Below, one piece after another: positions 1 through 8,671 of a DNA stretch of 62,792 bases. The position numbers and the translations under genes were made by a program. This DNA comes from Syntrophobacterales bacterium (GTDB lineage: Bacteria; Desulfobacterota; Syntrophia; Syntrophales; UBA8958): the NCBI GenBank assembly GCA_018056545.1, contig JAGPFL010000002.1, positions 1-62,792 of the forward strand. Direction: 5' to 3'. Position 1 is the stretch's first letter. Each line of letters begins with the position of its first letter. Below the pieces are notes generated by a model. That model was not told the origin of the DNA and did not search any database. It saw nothing but the letters and a program-made list of their open reading frames with translations.

Positions 1-578
1 CCCGGGGGCTTAAGTGGTGAATCAGGCGGGCGAAAAGTTCCTTACCGGTACCGCTCTCCCCCTGGATGAGGATGGTCGCCCGACTGGCGGCCACCCGGCC
101 GGCCATGTTGATCAGGGCTTCCATTTTGGGGCTCCGGTAAACGATGGAATCCGTGGTCACCCCCTTTTCCCGGAGTTCCTTTTTGAGGATCTCGTTTTCC
201 TTGATCAGGGTACGGCGCTCCGCCACCCGTTCCACCAACAGGAGCAATTCGTCGAACTCTATGGGTTTGGTGATGTAGTCTATGGCCCCGGCCTTCATGG
301 CATCCACGGCGGTTTCGATGGTGCCGTAGGCGGTGATGATCACCACGTCGATCTCCGGATTTATCTCCTTCACCGTCTGGAGGACCTGCATGCCGTCCAT
401 GCCGGGCATCTTGTAGTCCAGCAGCAGGAGATCGAATTGTCCGCTCCGGACCATGGCCACCCCCTTCTCGCCGTTCTCCGCCTCCTTCACGAGATGCCCC
501 TCCTGGATCAGAAAATCCCTGAGCATCTCCCGTTGCGATTGTCCGTCCTCCACGATGAGGATATTCAGCGCCTTCATA
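1..578 (-). CDS. sigma-54-dependent response regulator (NtrC-type enhancer-binding protein), 5' part only; continues past window start
   Basis: Not in the ORF track because there is no stop in the window. The reverse strand from the ATG at 576-578 reads MKALNILIVEDGQSQREMLRDFLIQEGH...DLLLLDYKMPGMDG (receiver domain). It continues ...ATILIQGESGTGKELFARLIHHLSP (AAA+ Walker A typical of sigma-54 activators). It starts 11 nt after the kinase stop. Confidence 0.85.
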
Positions 579-589
579 TATTTGCTCCC

Positions 590-2401
590 TCAGGAAGTCT
601 TGTTCCCCGGCTTTTCCGTGGGCAGGAGGATCTCGAAAGTCGTCCCCTCATCCTTCCGGCTCGTAACCCGGATTTCCCCACCGTGACCGCGGATGATCTC
701 ATGGGACAGGGGAAGTCCCAATCCCAGACCTTTTTCCTTGGTCGTGTACTCGGGGCTGAAGATGTGTTCCATTTCCTCCGCCGTCATCCCGCAGCCGGTG
801 TCCACAATGGAAATTTTGATCCAGCCCTTCTTTTCCGGACTCACCGACAGGGTCACCCGCCCCCCGCCGGAGATGGATTCCACGGCATTCTTGATGAAGT
901 TCAGGAGCGCCTGCTGGAGTTTGTCCATATCCATGGGAATCACCGGCGAAGGTTCGGACCAGCGCGTTTCCAGGACTATGCCCTTGGCGGCGGTCTCTTC
1001 CCGCAGGAGATTCACGATCTTCTGGAGGACGTCCGTCACGGGGTATTCCCGCAGATCGAGACGACGGCTCCGGGAAAAGGTGAGAAATTCTTCGATGATG
1101 CCGTTCAGGCGACGGATCTCGTCCCTGATCACCCCGGTGATGGTCTGGAATTCCCGCTCCTTGTGCGCATCGGCGGGAATGAAATCCCTTTTGAGGCGTT
1201 GGCTGGCCATGCTGATGGCATTGAGGGGGTTGCGGATCTCATGGGCGACCCCGGCAGCCAGTTGACCCAGCGCCGAGAGCCGCTCCGCCTTTTCGAGACG
1301 CCGCTCCATGGTGACGATGCCCTCCAGATGACGGTTCTGATTCATGTACAGGACCCACATGGACAGAAAGGCGATCAGCATGGTGAGCCCCATGAAAATG
1401 GCGATATTCTTCCCGTTTTCCGCCAGAATCCGCTCCATCTCCTCCCGCTCCAGACCCATCCGGGCGATGCCCGCCGTCTGGTTGTTCAGATGGACCGGCA
1501 CGGCGACATCGAGGAGGGCCCGATCCCGATAGACAACCTTTCTGCTGGCGATGGGCCGACTGCCGGCCAGTAGTTCGGGAATAGGCATCTCTCCGGCCTG
1601 CCACTTTTCCGGCAGATCACCGGCGCTGGCCAGAACCTTATCCCGGGTGTCGGTGATCATGAAATACGCCAACCCCTGACTGCGACCCCCTCCCAGTTCC
1701 TGCAGGGCCTTTTCCACCGAGACCTTCGTGCCCCAGAAACGCAAACCGTCGGGATCGAGGGCGATGATGACGGTGCCGCTCCCATCCTTGCGTCGCAAGG
1801 CGATAAACCCCGCCTTCTTCTCCTTGCCCAACTGGTTCAGGAGTTCCAGGGTAAGTTTGGGGGCGGGATTCCCCTCCACAAGACCCGCCGGCAAGGCGCG
1901 GCTCTGAAAGATGGGCTTCCCCTGGCGATTCAGGACGGCGATCAACCAGATGCCTTTCTCTTCGGCGTATTTGCGCAGATAGGAACCGCTCAGCCGCTCC
2001 TTCTTCCAGTGCAGATCCACCTCCTGCCCCAACTGCACCAGGGCGTTGATGAGGAGTTTCTGGGGCGAAAAGGCCTCCTGCTCTACGGGGACGAAAGGAC
2101 GTTTTTCTTCCCGCTGGGAAGCCTGGACCAGGTTGTTGAGGTTTTCCTGGGCCAAGCGCTGCACCACCTCCACAATCCCCTGGGCGCGGTTTTCCAGGAT
2201 GCCTACCAGGGTGTTGTCCAGACGCCGCAGATCCATAATCCCCATGATGAGGATGAGGAGGAGAAACACCACACAGACAATGGCCACGGCAATAGGTTGG
2301 AGAAAGGGCCTGCTTTCCTTTGCCTTCCGGTCCTGCCAGACGATTTTTTCCGACGGGGTCACTATTGTATCGTTCCGCTTGCTCTGAGGATTTTTTGGCA
2401 A
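590..2401 (-). CDS. membrane sensor histidine kinase (two TM segments, ~290-aa periplasmic domain, HisKA + HATPase_c)
   Basis: 603-aa ORF with H-box LAAGVAHEIRNPLNAI and ATPase motifs DTGCGM and GLGLGLPL. A hydrophobic segment IAVAIVCVVFLLLILIMGI and a second TM lie before the H-box. Start is uncertain (TTG 2401 or GTG 2362). Confidence 0.85.
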   Translation of the reverse strand: MPKNPQSKRNDTIVTPSEKIVWQDRKAKESRPFLQPIAVAIVCVVFLLLILIMGIMDLRRLDNTLVGILENRAQGIVEVVQRLAQENLNNLVQASQREEKRPFVPVEQEAFSPQKLLINALVQLGQEVDLHWKKERLSGSYLRKYAEEKGIWLIAVLNRQGKPIFQSRALPAGLVEGNPAPKLTLELLNQLGKEKKAGFIALRRKDGSGTVIIALDPDGLRFWGTKVSVEKALQELGGGRSQGLAYFMITDTRDKVLASAGDLPEKWQAGEMPIPELLAGSRPIASRKVVYRDRALLDVAVPVHLNNQTAGIARMGLEREEMERILAENGKNIAIFMGLTMLIAFLSMWVLYMNQNRHLEGIVTMERRLEKAERLSALGQLAAGVAHEIRNPLNAISMASQRLKRDFIPADAHKEREFQTITGVIRDEIRRLNGIIEEFLTFSRSRRLDLREYPVTDVLQKIVNLLREETAAKGIVLETRWSEPSPVIPMDMDKLQQALLNFIKNAVESISGGGRVTLSVSPEKKGWIKISIVDTGCGMTAEEMEHIFSPEYTTKEKGLGLGLPLSHEIIRGHGGEIRVTSRKDEGTTFEILLPTEKPGNKTS

Positions 2402-2603
2402 TGCTGTCGCATCATAGGCGATTCAAAGGGAAAGTCAATCACAAATCTCGTTTCGACATTTTTGTCGCCCTTGGAAGAAAATGGTCATGCAGCTTAAACC
2501 ATCATTATTATTCATAAATAATCGAATACCCGGTTTACCGGCGACAATCATTGCCGCCTTCCCATGGTGACCTCCCTTCCCCAGACTGAATATATTTCAA
2601 CAA

Positions 2604-2616
2604 TATCAATATATTA
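2604..2616 (+). promoter_or_regulatory. IHF-like binding site
   Basis: TATCAATATATTA fits WATCAANNNNTTR. It lies in an AT-rich stretch about 30 bp upstream of the -24 element at 2642. Confidence 0.35.
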
Positions 2617-2641
2617 CAAACGCAAAAACGGTGATGATTTT

Positions 2642-2657
2642 TGGCATAGGATATGCT
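2642..2657 (+). promoter_or_regulatory. sigma-54 (-24/-12) promoter
   Basis: TGGCATAGGATATGCT has GG at 2643-2644 and GC at 2655-2656 with the canonical spacing (consensus TGGCAC-N5-TTGCW). Confidence 0.55.
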
Positions 2658-2667
2658 TGTAAAGAGG

Positions 2668-2776
2668 GTAAGAAAACTAATTACTCGGTTGAACAAACGG
2701 GCATGATCAGCCGACAGTAAAAACCCATATTCCTCCTGGACGCGGGGAGACGACAAGTCTCCCCATTTTTTTTCTT
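2668..2776 (+). ncRNA. candidate sigma-54-dependent small RNA (~105 nt)
   Basis: The span runs from the predicted TSS (~12 nt after the -12 GC) to an intrinsic terminator. The only ORF is 5 codons. There is a 5' stem TCGGTTGA(2685-2692)/TCAGCCGA(2707-2714). This is followed by a single-stranded A/U-rich region with CCUCC at 2732-2736, then the terminator. Confidence 0.45.
2744..2776 (+). terminator. rho-independent terminator
   Basis: GGGGAGAC-GACAA-GTCTCCCC is followed by ATTTTTTTTCTTTTTT. Confidence 0.7.
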
Positions 2777-3027
2777 TTTTCCGGGACGGAGGGGGTGGCG
2801 GAAAATGCCTTGCACACTCCTCGCCGGTTGGCAACGGTAGCGAGTTCTTTGTCCAGCGGTTCCATGAATATTTCGTCAAGCTCTCGAATATTTTACCCTT
2901 CTTTGTTCCCGCCCGGGGGCTTCAAGGTGTTTGAAGTATAAGAAGTGGTGCTTTTGACGACATTGCCGTTTCCCTGATGACCTGCTATAAATACATAGAC
3001 TATCACCAACCTTCACAAGGAGGACAC

Positions 3028-3492
3028 ATGAAAACATTGAGGATTGTGTTTGCTGTCGTCACGGTTTGCCTGTTGGCGGCCTCCCCGGCCGTCGCCGGCG
3101 ATTTCGACTGGGTCCGCGATTTCAACCTGCAGGCCCAGGCGGATCCCTCCGGTTTTCGCGCGAAACTGGCCACACGCTTCCAGATCGGCGATGCCCGCAT
3201 CGATGCCGTCATCGGTAATGTAGCCAAACCGGCGGACGCCTATATGGTTCTGCGGCTGGGTGAGATGTCCCATCACCCTCCCGAGTACGTCCTGTCCAAG
3301 TATAAGGCGGAAAAGAAAAAGGGCTGGGGCGCTCTGGCCAAAAGCCTGGGCATCAAACCCGGGTCAGCGGAATTTCACGCCCTGAAACGGGGACAGGATC
3401 TCTATGGCCCCGGCGACGGCAAGGGCGGCGGCAAAGGCAAGGGAAAAGGCAAGGACAAGGGAGGCAAAGGCAAGGGAAAGAATCAGGATTAA
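3028..3492 (+). CDS. secreted hypothetical protein with Lys/Gly-repeat C-terminal tail
   Basis: AAGGAGG RBS lies 7 nt before the ATG at 3028. Signal peptide MKTLRIVFAVVTVCLLAASPAVAG. The C-terminus is GKGGGKGKGKGKDKGGKGKGK. The ORF-track start at 2977 is probably too far upstream. Confidence 0.6.
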   Translation: MKTLRIVFAVVTVCLLAASPAVAGDFDWVRDFNLQAQADPSGFRAKLATRFQIGDARIDAVIGNVAKPADAYMVLRLGEMSHHPPEYVLSKYKAEKKKGWGALAKSLGIKPGSAEFHALKRGQDLYGPGDGKGGGKGKGKGKDKGGKGKGKNQD

Positions 3493-3542
3493 ATCTCCGG
3501 GATCCCCATCTGTTTGCCAAGTCGAAGCGGAGATGAACATCA

Positions 3543-4898
3543 TCAGGGTTTTCCCGACATTTTTTCCCGCAGGCGGCGCCAGTACGCCAGGCGTTCGCCG
3601 ATGGTCTTTTCGTAGCCCCGGTCCGTAGGGACGTAAAAACGGGCATCTGCCGGCGCCAGTTTCTCGGGCAGATAATCCTGGGGCGCGTAGGCGTCCCGGT
3701 AATCGTGGGCGTAGCGGTAATCCCTTCCGTAGTCGAGCTCTTTCATCAACTTGGTCGGGGCGTTGCGGATATGGAGGGGCACGGGCAGGGTCCCCGTCCG
3801 GCGGATCGTTTCCTGCACCCGGCCGTGGGCGACATACAGGGCATTGCTCTTCGGGGCCGTGGCCAGATAGACCGCCGCCTGAACGAGGGCCAGTTCCCCT
3901 TCGGGTGCACCGAGAAAATGAAAGGCCTGCATGGCGTCCAGGGCCAGGGTCAGGGCCCGGGGATCCGCGTTGCCCACATCTTCGGAGGCGAAGCGGATCA
4001 TGCGCCGGGCGATGTAGAGCGGATCCTCCCCGGCCGCCAGCATCCGGGCCAGCCAGTAGATGGCGGCATCCGGATCGCTTCCCCGCAGGCTTTTATGGAA
4101 GGCGGAGATGAGATTGTAATGCTCCTCGCCCGCCTTGTCGTATCGCAACGCCTTTTTCTGCAAGGCCCGGGCGACCATTTCCCTGGTGAGGAGGCGTTGT
4201 CCCGCGTCGGCATCCGTCTCGATGTCCGGACCCGCCAGCAGGGATGCCGCGGCCTCCAGGTTGTTCAGGGCGGCCCGGGCGTCGCCGTCGGCGGACCAGA
4301 CAATCGCTTCCAGGGCCTCCGGCTCGATTTCCAGGCCCGCCGCCCCCAAACCACGCTCCTTATCCTGGAGGGCATGGCGGATCATGATCGCCAGTTCTTC
4401 CTCGGTGAAGGGCTTGAGGACCATGACCCGGGAGCGGGACAGGAGCGGGGCGATGACCTCGAAGGAGGGATTCTCCGTGGTGGCCCCGATGAGGGTGATG
4501 AGGCCGCTTTCCACATGGGGGAGAAAGGCGTCCTGCTGTGCCTTGTTGAAGCGATGGATCTCGTCCACGAAGAGGATGGTTTTCCTCCCCTGTTGATCCC
4601 GCCGGACGAGGGCCTCCTCGACAACGGCCCGGATCTCCTTCACCCCGGACAACACTGCGGAAAAACTCGTGAAATGAGAAAATGTCTCGTGGGCGATGAT
4701 CCGGGCCAGGGTCGTCTTACCCGATCCCGGCGGTCCCCAGAAGATCATGGAGAACAGCCGGTCCTCGGCGATGGCCCGGCGCAGGAGGCTGTCCTTGCCT
4801 AACAGATGCTTCTGTCCCACATATTCATCCAGGCGCCGGGGCCGCATCCGGTCCGCCAGGGGGCGGAAATCCCCTGCAACCATCTTTTTATCTCCCAT
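3543..4898 (-). CDS. rarA: replication-associated recombination protein A (AAA+ ATPase RarA/MgsA)
   Basis: 451 aa. Walker A is GPPGSGKTTLARII and Walker B is ILFVDEIHRFNK. The C-terminal part carries the MgsA-type motifs YDKAGEEHYNLISAFHKSLRGSDPDAA. Confidence 0.9.
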   Translation of the reverse strand: MGDKKMVAGDFRPLADRMRPRRLDEYVGQKHLLGKDSLLRRAIAEDRLFSMIFWGPPGSGKTTLARIIAHETFSHFTSFSAVLSGVKEIRAVVEEALVRRDQQGRKTILFVDEIHRFNKAQQDAFLPHVESGLITLIGATTENPSFEVIAPLLSRSRVMVLKPFTEEELAIMIRHALQDKERGLGAAGLEIEPEALEAIVWSADGDARAALNNLEAAASLLAGPDIETDADAGQRLLTREMVARALQKKALRYDKAGEEHYNLISAFHKSLRGSDPDAAIYWLARMLAAGEDPLYIARRMIRFASEDVGNADPRALTLALDAMQAFHFLGAPEGELALVQAAVYLATAPKSNALYVAHGRVQETIRRTGTLPVPLHIRNAPTKLMKELDYGRDYRYAHDYRDAYAPQDYLPEKLAPADARFYVPTDRGYEKTIGERLAYWRRLREKMSGKP

Positions 4899-5021
4899 CG
4901 TTCCCTGACCCGCAGGAGGTTCAACGTTCCCTTCTCTTCAAGGGGTTGGAAACAGTCAACCTCTTGGATACTTTCCCCCGGAAAGGAAAGAAATTTTGGT
5001 TAACCTCCAGATTTCAGTCCA

Positions 5022-5291
5022 TTATTTCCCTTTCACGGCTTTAGCCCGAGCGATCAGATCGAGGAGGCTGGTCAGTTTGTCCGGCGGGGTCCGGCGACAG
5101 AAAGCCTCCCAGTCCTCCGGCGACAGGACCTCCCGAAGAAAGTCCTCCACGGGAAAAAAAACTTCCCAGCAGAGGATCACCCGGGCACAGGGCAGATCCC
5201 CCCCCTCCCGTCGGCAGTAGGCAAAGGTGAGCTCATGCCCGAGCTTGGGACAGCGGATTTCCCTGTCGTCATAGCTTGTCATATCGCTCAT
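5022..5291 (-). CDS. small Cys-rich hypothetical protein
   Basis: Open frame MSDMTSYDDREIRCPKLGHELTFAYCRREGGDLPCARVILCWEVFF... I recognise no family. Start is chosen at the internal Met; the ORF track extends to 5369. Confidence 0.4.
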   Translation of the reverse strand: MSDMTSYDDREIRCPKLGHELTFAYCRREGGDLPCARVILCWEVFFPVEDFLREVLSPEDWEAFCRRTPPDKLTSLLDLIARAKAVKGK

Positions 5292-5393
5292 TTTGTATCC
5301 CTCTCCCCCCCCCCATCCGCATCCGTCACCTGCGACATTACCGCAAAATGTCACCGCTGTCTGCAACAAATTCGCCGGACGGCGGGAAACGAC

Positions 5394-5430
5394 AAAAAAA
5401 CAGGGGACAGATCAAAGCGTCTGCCCCCTG
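5394..5430 (-). terminator. rho-independent terminator downstream of trpB2
   Basis: The minus strand reads CAGGGGGCAGA-CGCTTTGA-TCTGTCCCCTG (11-bp stem with one G.U) followed by TTTTTTT. Confidence 0.7.
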
Positions 5431-5468
5431 CTCACTTAAAAAAAACGGGACGTGCCACCGGTTTTTCC

Positions 5469-6830
5469 CTACGGTTTCGGGAAGCCCTCGATAGCCCGGA
5501 GCGCCCGGGCGATTTCCTCGTCGGGCAGTTCATGGGGGATGAGTTTGCCCGACAGGTAGGCCTCGTAGGAGGCCAGATCCACCATCCCGTGACCGCTCCA
5601 GTTGAAGAGGATGACCTTCTCCTTCCCCTCCTCCTTGGCCCGCCGGGCCTCATCGACCACGGCGGCGATGACGTGATTGGTCTCCGGGGCGGGGATGAAC
5701 CCCTCGCTCCGGGCCCACATGACGCCGGCCTGGAAGGTGTCGAGCTGATGATAGGCCCGGGCCTCCACAAGATTTTCCTTCACCAGGTGGCTGACGATGG
5801 GGGCCATGCCGTGATAACGAAGGCCGCCGGCGTGGATCGGGGCGGGCACGTAGTCGTGTCCCAGGGTGTACATGGGCAGCAGCGGCGTCTTTTTCGCCAG
5901 ATCGCCGAAGTCGTAGGCGAAGGGACCCCGGGTCAGGGTGGGACAGGCGGTAGGTTCGGCGCCGACGATTTTGATGTCCCGACCGTGAATCTTGTCGCAG
6001 ACGAAGGGGGTGGAGATTCCGGCAAAATTGCTGCCGCCGCCGGCGCAGCCCATGACCACGTCGGGATAGAGGCCGAGCTTGGCGAACTGTTTCTGGGCCT
6101 CGAGACCCACGATGGTCTGGTGGAGAAGGACGTGGTTCAAGACGCTGCCCAGGGAATAGCGGGAACCGGGATGGGACACCGCATCTTCGATGGCCTCGCT
6201 GATGGCGATGCCCAGGCTTCCCGGAGAGTCGGGATGCTCCGCCAGGACGTTCCGGCCGGCCTCGGTGATGTTGCTGGGACTGGGGATACACTCCGCCCCC
6301 CAGACGCTCATCATCATCCGCCGGTAGGGTTTCTGCTCGTAACTGACCCGGACCATGAAGACCCGGCATTCCAGGCCGAACATCTGACAGGCCATGGACA
6401 GGGCGCTGCCCCACTGTCCCGCGCCGGTCTCCGTGGAGAGCCGCTTGATCCCGAAGGCCTTGTTGTAATAGGCTTGGGGAACGGCGGTGTTGGGCTTGTG
6501 GGAACCCGCCGGGCTTACGCCTTCGTTTTTGTAGAAGATCTTCACCGGGGCATCGAGAAGTTTCTCGAAATTGCGGGCCCGACAGAGGGGCGAAGGACGC
6601 CAGAGCAGGTATTTCTCCAGGACTTCTTCGGGAATGTCGATCCAGCGCTGGGTGGTGGCTTCCTGTTCGATGAGATTCATGGGGAAAATCGGCGCCAGGT
6701 CCTCGGGTTGGACGGGTTTTCCTGTGGCCGGGTGGAGAGGCGGACGCATGGGGGTAGGCAGGTCCGCCTGGATGTTGTACCACTGCCGGGGAATCTCCTG
6801 ATCTTCCAGCAATACCTTGATGGGTTCCAT
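5469..6830 (-). CDS. trpB: TrpB-like PLP-dependent enzyme (tryptophan synthase beta chain, TrpB2 type)
   Basis: 453 aa. It has the long N-terminal extension typical of TrpB2, the PLP-lysine context [14 protein letters not shown], and GGGSNFAG. Confidence 0.88.
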   Translation of the reverse strand: MEPIKVLLEDQEIPRQWYNIQADLPTPMRPPLHPATGKPVQPEDLAPIFPMNLIEQEATTQRWIDIPEEVLEKYLLWRPSPLCRARNFEKLLDAPVKIFYKNEGVSPAGSHKPNTAVPQAYYNKAFGIKRLSTETGAGQWGSALSMACQMFGLECRVFMVRVSYEQKPYRRMMMSVWGAECIPSPSNITEAGRNVLAEHPDSPGSLGIAISEAIEDAVSHPGSRYSLGSVLNHVLLHQTIVGLEAQKQFAKLGLYPDVVMGCAGGGSNFAGISTPFVCDKIHGRDIKIVGAEPTACPTLTRGPFAYDFGDLAKKTPLLPMYTLGHDYVPAPIHAGGLRYHGMAPIVSHLVKENLVEARAYHQLDTFQAGVMWARSEGFIPAPETNHVIAAVVDEARRAKEEGKEKVILFNWSGHGMVDLASYEAYLSGKLIPHELPDEEIARALRAIEGFPKP

Positions 6831-6896
6831 AGTATGTCTCCTTTACAAATTATTGTCCGTGCAAAACCCCGCCGCGTCTCCGACGATGCGAGGCAA

Positions 6897-6926
6897 ATAA
6901 AAAAGCCATGGGTCATTCCCATGGCT
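6897..6926 (-). terminator. attenuator terminator in the trpB2 leader
   Basis: The minus strand reads AGCCATGGG-AATGA-CCCATGGCT followed by TTTTTATTTG. It ends ~65 nt before the trpB2 ATG (6830). Confidence 0.7.
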
Positions 6927-6950
6927 TGCTTTTCCGTTTTCGTCATGGGA
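6916..6950 (-). promoter_or_regulatory. antiterminator alternative hairpin of the trp attenuator
   Basis: On the minus strand TTCCCATG (6943-6950) can pair with CATGGGAA (6916-6923). That second segment overlaps the 5' arm and loop of the terminator, so the two structures are mutually exclusive. An upstream GGGAAG-GAC-CTTCCC hairpin can sequester the TTCCC segment. Confidence 0.5.
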
Positions 6951-6984
6951 AGGTCCTTCCCTGCCCACGACCTATGTTGACGTC

Positions 6985-7044
6985 TCAGCGCGGGCAGACC
7001 ATGTAAGCCCGCCACCACCAGAATTTATTGATCGTTTTCTTCAT
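6985..7044 (-). CDS. tryptophan-rich leader peptide (MKKTINKFWWWRAYMVCPR)
   Basis: 19 codons plus TGA, with three consecutive TGG codons at 7012-7020. It lies directly upstream of the antiterminator/terminator pair and of trpB2. It is too short for the ORF track. Confidence 0.6.
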   Translation of the reverse strand: MKKTINKFWWWRAYMVCPR

Positions 7045-7277
7045 GCCGTCCATATGTTAGCTTGCCGATCCTCCGAAAATTGCCGCTTCGTCTATCATGA
7101 CCAAATTGAAAAAGTCAATGAAATTTTTCACGGTGCGTCACGGTCGGTTTCCCCATCGAGATACGGCCGCCGGCAGTTCTATCCTGCGGTCAGGGTCTCC
7201 ACTCGCCGCAGGTCATGATCGATGATATACAGCATCTCCCGAACGGGAAAGAATCGCCGCCGACTCCGTCGAACGTC

Positions 7278-8480
7278 CTAAACATCCCAGTTGGACATCA
7301 TCCCCTTATGCCGCCGGTACCAGAGATTGGGGATCAGGCGGTAGAAAAAACGGGAGACGGGACCGATGAACTCCTTGACCCGTTTGTCGAACTGACAGGC
7401 CTGGATGATCATTTCCTTGATGTCGTGCCGGGTTCCCCCCTCGTTGAAGATCCTGTAGGCGCAATGGAACAGGGGACTGTACATGTTTTTCTTTTCCAGA
7501 TAGCGATGGACGTTGCGGATCGTATTGGGTCCTTCCGGCGTGCCGTCGATCCGGGCCAGCACCTTCCGGTCCGTTTCGATGGGATTGCCGCTGTACATTT
7601 CATAGAAGTATTTGCCGTAGCGGTAATTCTTGCTGGCCATGGAGGACACGGTAACATACATGTCCCCCACCCCGGCCTGACTGTGAAAGGCCTGGAAGCT
7701 GCCCCCGAGGAGCATGGACAGAGAACGGATCTCGACGCCCGAGCGGGCGAATATCGTTCCGGGGATGGAATCCCCGAGCTCCAGGGAATCGGTCACCCCC
7801 TTGATGTTGGCCACGACGTTCTTCAGGGAGCCGCAGGCCTCCACCCCGACGATATCGAAGTTGTAATAGGAGGTCAACTCTCTGCGGTTGTGGCGGATCA
7901 GTTCCTCCCGGATGAGATTCGCCGGGCCCTTCTTCCCGGCCACGGTGACACACACGGGGTTTCCCAGGGCGATATCCACATCGAAAAAAGGGCCGCCGAT
8001 GCAGACGATTTCATATTTGTCCCGAAGACCGCTCAGGTTGTTGTGGATGAGTTGGGAGGGGGTGATGAGTTCCTTGGTGATCTCGTCGGAGGTCAATCCC
8101 TTGATAGGGGAAATCAGACAGGTGTCACCGGGCTTCCTTTCCATGAGAGGTTTGAGATAGTTCAGGAATTCCGGAAGTTTGTTCATGGTGAGACACAGGA
8201 CGATGATGTCGTTGTCGTCCACGACCCGTTCCAGGTTGTTGGTGGCATAAACCTTGGGGGCGAGGCGCGGGACGTTGTCCATACCCCCCAGACGTTTGGC
8301 CAGGTCCTCGGTCAGATGCTTGGGATTGAGATGTTCCCGGTTGATCGCCCGGCATACCTCGGCGTCGTGGTAGTAGATCGTCACCCGTTTGTTGTCCCGG
8401 CCGAACTTGTAGGCAAAGGACGTTCCCAGACGTCCCGGACCGATGATGGCGATTCTCGAGGTGTCGAATTCCCCTAACAT
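7278..8480 (-). CDS. NAD(P)H-dependent glycerol-3-phosphate dehydrogenase family protein (atypically long, 400 aa)
   Basis: N-terminal Rossmann motif IAIIGPGRLGTSFA, with GpsA-like central and C-terminal regions. An extra C-terminal ~50 aa is present. The exact function is uncertain. Confidence 0.65.
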   Translation of the reverse strand: MLGEFDTSRIAIIGPGRLGTSFAYKFGRDNKRVTIYYHDAEVCRAINREHLNPKHLTEDLAKRLGGMDNVPRLAPKVYATNNLERVVDDNDIIVLCLTMNKLPEFLNYLKPLMERKPGDTCLISPIKGLTSDEITKELITPSQLIHNNLSGLRDKYEIVCIGGPFFDVDIALGNPVCVTVAGKKGPANLIREELIRHNRRELTSYYNFDIVGVEACGSLKNVVANIKGVTDSLELGDSIPGTIFARSGVEIRSLSMLLGGSFQAFHSQAGVGDMYVTVSSMASKNYRYGKYFYEMYSGNPIETDRKVLARIDGTPEGPNTIRNVHRYLEKKNMYSPLFHCAYRIFNEGGTRHDIKEMIIQACQFDKRVKEFIGPVSRFFYRLIPNLWYRRHKGMMSNWDV

Positions 8481-8569
8481 TTTCTCTCCCCAACGGTGAA
8501 ACGGCGGCGATTATAGGGGAAAAACCGGACGCCGTCAAACAATATTCAGTATTATCAATAAAATTGCCT

Positions 8570-8598
8570 TTGACTTCTCGTGGGTTGCCATTTATATA
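8570..8598 (+). promoter_or_regulatory. sigma-70-like promoter for the acyl-CoA ligase gene
   Basis: TTGACT (8570-8575), 17-nt spacer, TATATA (8593-8598). It lies ~75 nt upstream of the ATG at 8672. Confidence 0.4.
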
Positions 8599-8671
8599 AC
8601 GATGTAAAGCCGGTAAACGAAAGTCTCACCTTCCCGGCAAATTCGTCCGCAGGAGAAAGGAGCGAGGAGCT

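Noticed and set aside
2535-2879. 114-aa ORF on the minus strand in the kinase-upstream intergenic region.
   Set aside because: It runs through an intrinsic terminator and the AT-rich promoter region. It has odd composition (PPPPPSRKKEKK) and no RBS. The region is better explained by the sigma-54 promoter / sRNA / terminator unit.
3415-3485. Short GGCAA(A/G)GG DNA periodicity that could be mistaken for a tandem repeat or mini-array.
   Set aside because: It is the in-frame coding sequence of the Lys/Gly-rich C-terminal tail of the secreted protein. There are no spacers or non-coding context.
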